In this document: positions 24,369 to 31,698 of the stretch, one piece after another
Layout: the number at the start of each line of letters is the position of its first letter
Position numbering within the stretch: position 1 is the first letter of the stretch
DNA from: an uncultured Acidobacteriota bacterium
Lineage (GTDB): Bacteria; Acidobacteriota; Blastocatellia; Pyrinomonadales; Pyrinomonadaceae
NCBI GenBank assembly: GCA_963705225.1
Contig: OY970060.1
Location: 636,501 to 668,500, forward strand
Direction: 5' to 3'
DNA length: 32,000 bases
Position numbers and translations under genes: made by a program
Notes under the pieces: generated by a model
The model's input: the letters and a program-made list of their open reading frames with translations, nothing else
What the model was told of the DNA's origin: nothing
Databases searched by the model: none

Positions 24369-25737
24369 GTTAATAGCAAATGAAGATGTCCTGTTTTGCT
24401 AGCACATTATATGTCCTGTTTTCTGTTGGGGTAAGGAAGGTGAGGTGACCTTTTTTCTCCCAACGTTTGCTTTGCCGAGCGTCCGGTCGAGTGGTTTGCC
24501 GTCGGCCATGTATCTGCCGATCTCCTGCGGCCCGTAACCGATCGTGATGGTGTGGTCGAGGTGCTGGTAGACGACGACGCGGCAGCCTTCCATCGAGCGG
24601 CGCCAGTCCTGCCGGTCGATCTGAAGCGTCAGATTCCTGTATTTGACCGTGTTGTCGCGGTTGACGGTTCGCTCGGTTTGGATCGAGAACACCCGGTCGA
24701 GATCGTTTCTTAGGCAGGGCGCAAAGGCCGATCCTTCCGCTTTTGCCTTGACGGCGAACTTGCGGTCGAATTCCGGTATATATTCTCTCTCGATAAAATG
24801 GTTGGCCTCCTCCGGCGTGGTTATGTTCCTGATCCTGAGCTCTTGTGGAAGGCGTCCCTGCCAGGTGCGAAAGTTTCGCTCGCTGCGGCCTCTGGCTTGC
24901 GGCGAGTAGGCCGGTATCAGCCGGATGCCGAGATCCCTTAAAGCCCTCCCGACCTGCGTCAGTGCCTGACGGTCCACCGGCTCCCCGGCCTTCGGTGTCT
25001 GAAAGAAATGACTCGCCCGGTCAGAGTACAAACTACAGAATACTCCTTTTGTTTCTATCACTTTGCGAATACCCTCCATTACCGAGCGCGTCGATTCGGC
25101 TGCCACCAGCCGCGCATAACAGATCTCGGAGGTAGCGTCGTCGAGCAGCACTATCAGATCGTGCCACCTCTCATCTCCAAACCACTGGTGATGCGACCCG
25201 TCGATATGGAGCAGCATCCCCGCTATCGCTTTACGCTCCCGCTTCCTCCGGTGCTTCTTCCTCGCCTTCTCCTTCGCAATCAACCCTGACCCTTGCAGCA
25301 GGTTCTTCACCCAGGTGTAGCTCAGCCCGAGCACATGTCTTTCACTCAGCTTCTCGTGAAAATGGGCCACGCTGAAATCGAAATACTCTTCCCGATACAG
25401 TCGCAGCACCTCTTCCACCACCTTAACCGGCGTCCGTCTCGGACTCTCCTTTCCCACCCGACCGTCGTGCAAACCGTCGAAACCTGCCCTCGCGTAAGCC
25501 TCCCGCACCCGCTGCAAATGCCGGTAGCTCATCCCCAATATATCCGCCGCCTCTATCCACGTGATCTTTTTCGCGTACGCACGCAATATGATCTCCTGTC
25601 TTTTCATCGCCTTCTCCACTGCGGTTCCCGGGTTATATCTCATAGCTTTTCTCCAAAGCTATTCTCCAACACCCCTCAACCACCCAAAGAGGACATTTCA
25701 TCTGCTACTTCAACAGGACATATGATGTGCTAGCTAC
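24369..25737 (-). mobile_element. Intact insertion sequence, rve/DDE transposase, ISNCY/IS1202-like (family assignment tentative)
   Basis: A near-perfect 23-bp IR pairs gctagcacattatatgtcctgtt (24398-24420) with aacaggacatatgatgtgctagc (25712-25734). A second, degenerate copy of the left IR lies at 24369-24397. A perfect 19-bp direct repeat, atttattaaaattttgtct, lies at 24350-24368 and 25738-25756, immediately outside 24369 and 25737. Confidence 0.8.
24399..25643 (-). CDS. DDE transposase (N-terminal HTH plus integrase-core/rve domain)
   Basis: This is a 414-aa ORF. The HTH region is ITWIEAADILGMSYRHLQRVREAY. Candidate DDE residues are in LLHIDGSHH, LYSDRASHF and SPQARGRSERNFRTWQGRL. The stop codon lies inside the left IR. 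Confidence 0.85.
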   Translation of the reverse strand: MRYNPGTAVEKAMKRQEIILRAYAKKITWIEAADILGMSYRHLQRVREAYARAGFDGLHDGRVGKESPRRTPVKVVEEVLRLYREEYFDFSVAHFHEKLSERHVLGLSYTWVKNLLQGSGLIAKEKARKKHRRKRERKAIAGMLLHIDGSHHQWFGDERWHDLIVLLDDATSEICYARLVAAESTRSVMEGIRKVIETKGVFCSLYSDRASHFFQTPKAGEPVDRQALTQVGRALRDLGIRLIPAYSPQARGRSERNFRTWQGRLPQELRIRNITTPEEANHFIEREYIPEFDRKFAVKAKAEGSAFAPCLRNDLDRVFSIQTERTVNRDNTVKYRNLTLQIDRQDWRRSMEGCRVVVYQHLDHTITIGYGPQEIGRYMADGKPLDRTLGKANVGRKKVTSPSLPQQKTGHIMC

Positions 25738-25859
25738 ATTTATTAAAATTTTGTCTTTTCCTTTGCCCACAGTCAAGGTTATAATGCCCGCATCGTAGAA
25801 ATTAGCAGTGAACCGGGAAAGGCATCTTTTCTCTTTTTCCGTACGTTTGAGTAAGCAGG

Positions 25860-26150
25860 GTGAGATTTATGGAGATATATTTTCTGACGGGTGTGACGAT
25901 CGTGCTGGCGGGCGTCGCGGGTCTGCAGCTTTTTTACCTGGGCTATCTGGAACGGCTCGGCAAAGAACAAAAACGGAGAATTAGCGAACTGGAAAAACAC
26001 TGCGCCCACCTCTCGCGCCGCCTCAGCGACGCCGAAGACAACCTCACCCAACAAGCCGAAATGATCCAGGCCATGGAATATTACGAAGACGACGAAGCAG
26101 TCATCCTGGAAGAAGAAGAAGTCTGGGCCGACGTGATCGAAGATTATTAA
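25860..26150 (+). CDS. Small membrane-anchored coiled-coil protein with an acidic tail (hypothetical)
   Basis: The 96-aa ORF has one N-terminal TM segment (IYFLTGVTIVLAGVAGLQLFYLGYL), then a helical region and a tail rich in D/E. The start may be the GTG at 25860 or the ATG at 25869. Confidence 0.5.
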   Translation: MRFMEIYFLTGVTIVLAGVAGLQLFYLGYLERLGKEQKRRISELEKHCAHLSRRLSDAEDNLTQQAEMIQAMEYYEDDEAVILEEEEVWADVIEDY

Positions 26151-26156
26151 TTCCCA

Positions 26157-26498
26157 GGCAGAAACGCGACAGTTATGGAGCGTGTTTATTATCCCAATAC
26201 AGAGATGTGTTTATAACTCCAATACAGAAACGCGACAGTTATGGATTTCCCAAAAATACATAGTTATTTTCTCCGTAATGTTTAATGAACCTCAAAAGAT
26301 TGGGACGATAGTGTTTTCCCGCTGGCATACCTGATCACTTTTCGTACTTTCGGAACCTGGCTGCATGGTGACGAAAGAGGTATTTATGGAAAGATGAGCA
26401 TGTAACTTTAGCCATCGACTACGTTTTGTATGGACAGGGAGATCTGCCTTTTAATATAGATACTGATGAACACGCTCCATAACTGTCGCGTTTCTGCC
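26157..26498. mobile_element. 342-bp element bounded by perfect 28-bp inverted repeats, carrying a relic Y1 (IS200/RAYT-like) transposase fragment
   Basis: The arm ggcagaaacgcgacagttatggagcgtg (26157-26184) is the exact reverse complement of cacgctccataactgtcgcgtttctgcc (26471-26498). A third partial direct copy, cagaaacgcgacagttatgga, lies at 26225-26245. Confidence 0.75.
26289..26405 (+). pseudogene. Truncated Y1/HUH-transposase-like N-terminal fragment
   Basis: The frame has no start codon and reads TSKDWDDSVFPLAYLITFRTFGTWLHGDERGIYGKMSM*. I recall the block YLITFRTYGTWLHGDERG as the N-terminal strand of a family of IS200/RAYT-like HUH transposases. The HUH and Tyr motifs are absent here. 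Confidence 0.45.
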
Positions 26499-26765
26499 CT
26501 ATTTCAGTTTTACCACCTGGGCGCCCCAGCCGCCGGAGAGTTCGTCGCCGTCTTTGAAAGATTCCACGAAATCGGTTTCGGCAAGAATTTTACGGACGGC
26601 GTCGCGCTGCATTCCGATACCGCGGCCGTGAATGATCCTGACCCACTTAAAGCCTTTTTTGCGGGCTTCGTCGAGGTAGATGCGCGTCGCCATCTGCACC
26701 TCGGAGGGCACGACCGAATGCAGGTCGAAAACATCGGTGATCTCTATTTCGAAAGGCTCATCCAT
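26499..26765 (-). CDS. Smr (small MutS-related) domain protein
   Basis: The sequence MDEPFEIEITDVFDLHSVVPSEV...KGFKWVRIIHGRGIGMQRDAVRKILAE contains the DLHG-like and IIHGxG Smr motifs. I prefer the ATG at 26765 because the 14-codon extension in the track (MLLITDHRPLTTDF) is REP-encoded. Confidence 0.8.
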   Translation of the reverse strand: MDEPFEIEITDVFDLHSVVPSEVQMATRIYLDEARKKGFKWVRIIHGRGIGMQRDAVRKILAETDFVESFKDGDELSGGWGAQVVKLK

Positions 26766-26810
26766 AAAATCGGTGGTCAGTGGTCGGTGGTCAGTTATTA
26801 GCAACATTCT

Positions 26811-26901
26811 TAATCACTAATCACTAATCATTAATCATTAATCATTAATCATTAATCATTAATCATTAATCATTAATCATTAATCATTAATCACTAATCA
26901 T
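26811..26901. repeat. Heptanucleotide microsatellite (TAATCAY) x13
   Basis: By hand count there are 13 uninterrupted 7-nt units: 2 taatcac, 9 taatcat, 1 taatcac and 1 taatcat. It is flanked by the inverted REP-E arms cggtggtcagtgg (26771-26783) and ccactgaccactg (26903-26915). Confidence 0.95.
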
Positions 26902-26918
26902 TCCACTGACCACTGTGC

Positions 26919-28073
26919 TTACTTCCCTCTTTCCCATTTCGGTACTTCGGCCGGGGCGGTTACTTTCAGGTGTCCGGCGCTGTCTTTATAGACGACGAAT
27001 TTCATATCCTGCAGTTCGCCGTTGGCGTCCCTGATACGGGCGGTAAACGTCTTGTTGTCCCCGACGCCGTCCAGCCGCAAAGGCAGTTTTCCCCAGACCT
27101 CGCCGCTGCGATAAACGGGGTAATGCTGCTGGTCGAATTTGTCGTAACCGATGACCAGGATGCTGTCGAAATCCGGTTCGTTGCCGTCTTCGGCCTTGGC
27201 CTTGCCGCTGTGGGCAAAGATCACCCAGCTTCCGGCCTTCGATTCTTTGGCGGCGGCGTCCTTATCGCGGGGGTTGGCCTTCGTGTCGCCGTCCGTTTCG
27301 TCCAGCCGCTGCCAAGTGACGAATTTACGGTCGCCGATCTGGAAATGAACGATATCCGGCGGCACCTGCAGCTGCACCTGGCGGCCGAAGAGCCACCCGG
27401 CCGGCGCCGGCGAGACCGACGGATCGAAACGCACCTTGTACCAGATGTCGTAGCGGTAATCGAGCGCTTCCTGCGCTTCTTCTTCCCTTTTTAGTTCGCG
27501 CGGGGTCTTTTGTTTTTTCTCTTGTTTTTCGCCCGGTTTCGGCGCGTCGTCCACGTCGTCGGCTTCCCTGATCTTGGGCACCAGCTTCCAGCCGATCACC
27601 TCAAAGGTCGCGCCGCTTTCCAGCTTGAATAAAATATTCTCAGGATTCATGTCCGGCGCCAGCCGCAGGTTCGAAGCCGATTTCATCTGCGCCGTCGCCT
27701 GCGACTGCACGCCCTGGTCTTCGTTGGCCAGCGCCTGCGACCGGGCCAGCACCGCTTCCGTGATCACGTTGCGCGCTTCGATCCAGCCCTCGGTGTTGTC
27801 GCTGTCCTGCCCGCGCACGCGAAACCAGTGTTCATTGGCGTAATCGGTCTCTTCCAGGATGTCGAGCTTTTCGCCGCGCTTTACTTCCAGCAGATCGGTC
27901 GCGACCACCGAATACGAGCTGCGTATCTGCGCCTTCGCGACGATGATGGTGGCTTTCGGGGCGGGCCCGAAAAAACCGGAAGCGCCGCTGACGCCGCAGC
28001 CGCTCAGCAGGCCCACACTAGCCGCAGCGGCCGCCGAAATCAGGATCAAAGCTAATAATTTAAACTTGCTCAT
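26919..28073 (-). CDS. Lipoprotein with two bacterial SH3-like domains
   Basis: The lipobox is LLSGC. Two SH3b-like blocks are AQIRSSYSVVATDLLEVKRGEKLDILEE...WFRVRG and ASNLRLAPDMNPENILFKLESGATFEVIGW. A charged KPGEKQEKKQK linker is present. Confidence 0.75.
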   Translation of the reverse strand: MSKFKLLALILISAAAAASVGLLSGCGVSGASGFFGPAPKATIIVAKAQIRSSYSVVATDLLEVKRGEKLDILEETDYANEHWFRVRGQDSDNTEGWIEARNVITEAVLARSQALANEDQGVQSQATAQMKSASNLRLAPDMNPENILFKLESGATFEVIGWKLVPKIREADDVDDAPKPGEKQEKKQKTPRELKREEEAQEALDYRYDIWYKVRFDPSVSPAPAGWLFGRQVQLQVPPDIVHFQIGDRKFVTWQRLDETDGDTKANPRDKDAAAKESKAGSWVIFAHSGKAKAEDGNEPDFDSILVIGYDKFDQQHYPVYRSGEVWGKLPLRLDGVGDNKTFTARIRDANGELQDMKFVVYKDSAGHLKVTAPAEVPKWERGK

Positions 28074-28100
28074 GAAAAAATCTAATGTCCTTCACCGCAG

Positions 28101-28340
28101 GTGATGTCTTAATTTGAGTCGCTCACCAAGCCCGGCGGAAATCGAGTCGCCGTGTCAGTAGCCCGCGCGTCAGCAAGGGCGCTTATTTTATTTTTGCTCA
28201 CCCAGCCGGCGGAAATCGAGTCGCCGTGTCAGTAGCCCGCGCGTTAGCAAGGGCGCTTGTTTTATCGCCTGAAATGCGCCCTCCCTGACGGTCAGGCTAC
28301 TGACACATTGCTAGACGTCAACCAAATTAAGACACTAACC
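28101..28340. repeat. Composite REP-B array (tandem ~75-bp units inside an outer inverted pair)
   Basis: The unit gctcacc(a/c)agcc(c)ggcggaaatcgagtcgccgtgtcagtagcccgcgcgt(c/t)agcaagggcgctt occurs twice, starting at 28121 and at 28196. It is followed by cgcctgaaatgcgccctccctgacggtcaggctactgac. The outer arms are gtcttaatttg (28107-28117) and caaattaagac (28323-28333). Confidence 0.85.
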
Positions 28341-28359
28341 ACCGCCAAATAATTTAACG

Positions 28360-29871
28360 CTATTTTGCCTTTTCGGGAAGTTCGTAAAGCGGATTTAGGC
28401 CAAGCCCGGTCAAAAGCTCTCTCTGCCGCCCGGTAGTTTTTTGTTTGATCCGGAAACTGGTCACGCCTGCTTTTACCTGCGCTTCCAGTCCCAGCTGCAG
28501 CAGCGCGGGCTGCGGATCGAGCTTTTCCCGGCCTTCGATATATTTCGCCGCGATCTCGCGCAGTTCCGGGTAGCTTTTCAGGATCGCCAGCACGGCCTCG
28601 TTTCCGTCGCGGGAAGCGTTTAGCGGCCCGTGTTTTTTATAGACCTCGCGAAAGACATCCGTCAGCGACCGCTTCCCCTTCGAAGCGCTCAGCAAAGCCG
28701 CGTCACACATAAAGGCCACCATCATTCCCCGGCTGTTGACGAAACTGAAATTCCCTTCCCAGCGCCGCTTCGAAGCCTCGATCAGTGAGAGGTCTTTCGC
28801 CGTCACCTGATTTAACGTATAGGCGCGGCCGAGTGTTTCCAGCAGATCCGAAAATCTGATCTGCCCCATTTTTTTCCCGCTCTTTAAAGCCTGGTATAGC
28901 GTGAAGCCTTCGAAAAACCAATCATAGCTGCCGGTCAGGGAAAGTTTATTCGGTATCCAGAGGTGAAATATTTCGTGCCGCAGCTGTTCGCGCAGGCGGT
29001 TCAAACCCTGGCTGTCAAACGGCATCCGGCTCGACAGCAGCACCACGGTCGAACCGCGGGTTTCGGCGCGCCAGCGGCCCGGCTCGGCGGCCCTGGGAAA
29101 AGGCAGCAGCATGATCGCCGTTTGCCCCCCCGTTTGCCCCGTTTGTAGTGATGCCGGCTCGCCGAATATTTCCCGGTGCTGCGCGATGATGGTCTGCGCT
29201 ACGGCGGCGGCCTGATCGTCGGTAAACTGCCATTCGCCCGAGGTGTAAAATTTCACCGGATTTTCGCCGGACTCCGCCGTTTTTCCGCGCCAGTTTTTTC
29301 CGACCCGCAAAACGCTTTTCGAAATGTCGGCGATGGTGTAATAACCGTCGGCGTTTTTTAGTTCCGTGGTGGCCGTTTCCCACCCGGCCGGCAGTCCGAG
29401 CCTGATCCTGGCGGAAACTCCCGGCCCGTCGTTTTTTGCCGGCCTCGGCAGCAGATCTTCCGGCATCAGCAGCCCGCCGTCTTCCGCCAGCCACGAGACA
29501 TGAGCGGCAGCGGTCGGTTCGGCCTGCGGCGTCAGATCGACCTCGTATTTCCAATGCTCGGCAGCGCCGGCCGCTTCGTAAATTCCCGGTGCGAATTTTT
29601 TGACCGCCAATTCTTTATCCTGAATGAACAGCGTCAGCTTATCGATGCGGGCGCCCAGGTTCTGCACGTCGGCGTAACTCAGCAGGAACGTCCAACTCTT
29701 TTCCCCGGCGTATTTCGAGTTGAGAAAGTTCCCTTCGACCTGGACGCGCGCGGGGCCGATCACCCTGATCGTGGCTTCGATATCCTGCGCGGGCGCGGCG
29801 CTCGCGCCGAGCGCGAAAACGATTGCCAGGAATAATAAAATGATGGTTGAATGGGCGATGCGTAAATTCAT
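28360..29871 (-). CDS. Secreted zinc metallopeptidase, M61/M1-like (HExxH...E)
   Basis: The signal peptide is MNLRIAHSTIILLFLAIVFALGASAAPAQD. The zinc motif is LRHEIFHLWIPNKL, followed by WFFEGFTLYQA, which resembles M61 glycyl aminopeptidases (HEFFHxWN...EGFTxY). I prefer the ATG at 29871 over the track start at 29934. Confidence 0.75.
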   Translation of the reverse strand: MNLRIAHSTIILLFLAIVFALGASAAPAQDIEATIRVIGPARVQVEGNFLNSKYAGEKSWTFLLSYADVQNLGARIDKLTLFIQDKELAVKKFAPGIYEAAGAAEHWKYEVDLTPQAEPTAAAHVSWLAEDGGLLMPEDLLPRPAKNDGPGVSARIRLGLPAGWETATTELKNADGYYTIADISKSVLRVGKNWRGKTAESGENPVKFYTSGEWQFTDDQAAAVAQTIIAQHREIFGEPASLQTGQTGGQTAIMLLPFPRAAEPGRWRAETRGSTVVLLSSRMPFDSQGLNRLREQLRHEIFHLWIPNKLSLTGSYDWFFEGFTLYQALKSGKKMGQIRFSDLLETLGRAYTLNQVTAKDLSLIEASKRRWEGNFSFVNSRGMMVAFMCDAALLSASKGKRSLTDVFREVYKKHGPLNASRDGNEAVLAILKSYPELREIAAKYIEGREKLDPQPALLQLGLEAQVKAGVTSFRIKQKTTGRQRELLTGLGLNPLYELPEKAK

Positions 29872-29934
29872 AAAAGCTGTTTCGAATTTAGCACATTCAT
29901 TTAAGAAGACGGAAATATAGCCTCGGAAGCACAC

Positions 29935-30064
29935 GCTGGGAACGCGGACATTCTTGTCCGCAAAAAGTAGCGCCAGCGTCTCGCTGGCTGTCGCGTGGGC
30001 GTCCCGCCCACGGACTCCGATCTGACGGCGGGACGCCGTCAGGACAGCCGCCGAGACGGCGGCG
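29935..30064. repeat. Cluster of GC-rich REP-like hairpins
   Basis: The sequence gcggacattcttgtccgc is a hairpin: gcggaca/tgtccgc arms with a ttct loop. Also present are agcgccagcgtctcgctggct, gggcgtcccgccc and gacggcgggacgccgtc. Confidence 0.7.
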
Positions 30065-30778
30065 CTACACTGTTGCCGGGGGCCAGGTCTTTTTGACGGC
30101 TTGGTAACATTCGCAGGTAAATTCTTCCAGACCGCTGACGTTTAGTATTTTGATCTTGCCGCGCGCGTATTTGATATATCCGGCGCTTTGCAGTGTGATG
30201 GCGGAGAGGGTGACGCTCGGGCGGTTTACGCCGAGCATGATCGAAAGAAATTCCTGGGTCAGGTTTATTTCGTCGGTTCCCGTGCGGTCGCGGCACATCA
30301 GAAGCCAGCGCGACAATCGCTGCTCCAGCGAGTGGAGGCGGTTGCAGAGCGCGGTCTGGCTGATCTGCAGCATCAGCGCGTGCAGGTAGCGCAGTGAAAT
30401 GTCGTGCAGCGCGCCGCCTTTACTAAATTCTTCCCTGATCGCTTTGGTGTTTATCCGGATGCCGCCGTTGGGTATCTGGGTCATGCTTTCGTTCGAGGTC
30501 GAATCCACGCCCAGCAAAACCTCGACCCCGGCCATGCCTTCCCAGCCGACAATGCCGGCTTCGACGCTTTGCCCGTCCAATGTATTAGTGACGATTGAGA
30601 TCATCGCCCTGTCGGGAAAATAGACGTAGGCGATAGGTTCATCGGCCCGGTAGATGACGCTGCTACGCGGCAGATCGACCTGCTCCAGATCGGGAAGCAA
30701 ACACCGGTAATCCTCATCCGGCAGGGAATTTAAAATATAGTTCTTGGTTAAAAGACGAACCAACGGCTGTTCGGACAT
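30065..30778 (-). CDS. Crp/Fnr family transcriptional regulator (cNMP-binding domain plus C-terminal HTH)
   Basis: The N-terminal cNMP-binding-like region is LPDLEQVDLPRSSVIYRADEPIAYVYFPDRAMISIV. The C-terminal HTH is LTQEFLSIMLGVNRPSVTLSAITLQSAGYIKYARGKIKILN. I prefer the ATG at 30778 because GGAG lies 6 nt upstream. Confidence 0.85.
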   Translation of the reverse strand: MSEQPLVRLLTKNYILNSLPDEDYRCLLPDLEQVDLPRSSVIYRADEPIAYVYFPDRAMISIVTNTLDGQSVEAGIVGWEGMAGVEVLLGVDSTSNESMTQIPNGGIRINTKAIREEFSKGGALHDISLRYLHALMLQISQTALCNRLHSLEQRLSRWLLMCRDRTGTDEINLTQEFLSIMLGVNRPSVTLSAITLQSAGYIKYARGKIKILNVSGLEEFTCECYQAVKKTWPPATV

Positions 30779-30994
30779 GATCAACTCCTTATTTACTCTT
30801 TTCGCGTGTGAAAACACAGCAAAAGGCACAAGGAGGTGGCTAGGAGTCACGGCCCGATGTCGATTGGGGTGGATTTAAAAAGATCGCACTATTTCTACTA
30901 CTCTATTCTAACATAGAAACAGGTAGAGCGGTCGTCCGATCGTCCGCAGCAGGCACGCAAACCTGCCGCATCTCCGCAGCGGGAGAAATATAAC

Positions 30995-31399
30995 TTAGGA
31001 CATCGCGCTCAAGCCGGATGGTCCGTCATTTAAAAGCTGTTCGATCGTACCCGTAAATCGGTGCAGATCTGTCGGTTTGACCAGATATGCATTGGCGCCG
31101 GCGGCGATCGCCGTATCGCGGTCGGTGTCATGCGGCATCACGGAAAATATCATGATCGGGGTTTTCCCGTCTTTCTGCCGAATATGGCGGCACAATTCCA
31201 GGCCGCTCGGTTCGCGCCACGGATTATCGAAAATATACAGATCGAAAGACCGTTTAGAGATGATCTCCAAAGCTTCTTCGGTCGAGCTCGCCGTGGTTAC
31301 TTCATAGCTGTCTTCTTCCTGCTGCAACAGGAGCGTCACCATCTCACAGGTATCGGCATCGTCCACATAGAGGATTTGAGGATAGGAATAAAGACACAT
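30995..31399 (-). CDS. Stand-alone response-regulator receiver (CheY-like) protein
   Basis: It has ILYVDDADT (acidic pocket), FDLYIFDNPWREPSGLELC (phospho-acceptor Asp region), PIMIFSV and AGANAYLVKP (the conserved Lys). Confidence 0.85.
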   Translation of the reverse strand: MCLYSYPQILYVDDADTCEMVTLLLQQEEDSYEVTTASSTEEALEIISKRSFDLYIFDNPWREPSGLELCRHIRQKDGKTPIMIFSVMPHDTDRDTAIAAGANAYLVKPTDLHRFTGTIEQLLNDGPSGLSAMS

Positions 31400-31630
31400 T
31401 TTTCCCTCTTCAGAAGTTAATTTTTACCCGTGGAATAAACTTAAAATAAAACAATTAAATAGACGATGATAAAAGATTAATAACAAAGCAGATTTGCGCT
31501 AGTCTGTGTGGTGGCGAACATAAGCTGGATTTAAGCTGATTTCCATCGTTCGCAGTTGATCTAATGTAAAGTTGAACCACCGACTTTAATTATATTCAAC
31601 CAGTCAGCGGAGCTGACGGCATAATGGTAG

Positions 31631-31698
31631 CCCCGGGTGAAGCGCAGCGAAACCCGGGGGTCACGGAGGCAAACAAATATCAGCCCGCTATGCGGGCT
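31631..31698. repeat. Two GC-rich REP-like hairpins
   Basis: The first is ccccgggt-gaagcgcagcgaa-acccgggg (31631-31659). The second is agcccgc-tat-gcgggct (31682-31698). Confidence 0.7.

Noticed and set aside
26811-26901. Possible CRISPR array or coding repeat.
   Set aside because: The units are 7 nt with no spacers, so this is a microsatellite, not a CRISPR array. The tract lies outside the preferred Smr start, and a 7-nt period cannot encode a peptide repeat.
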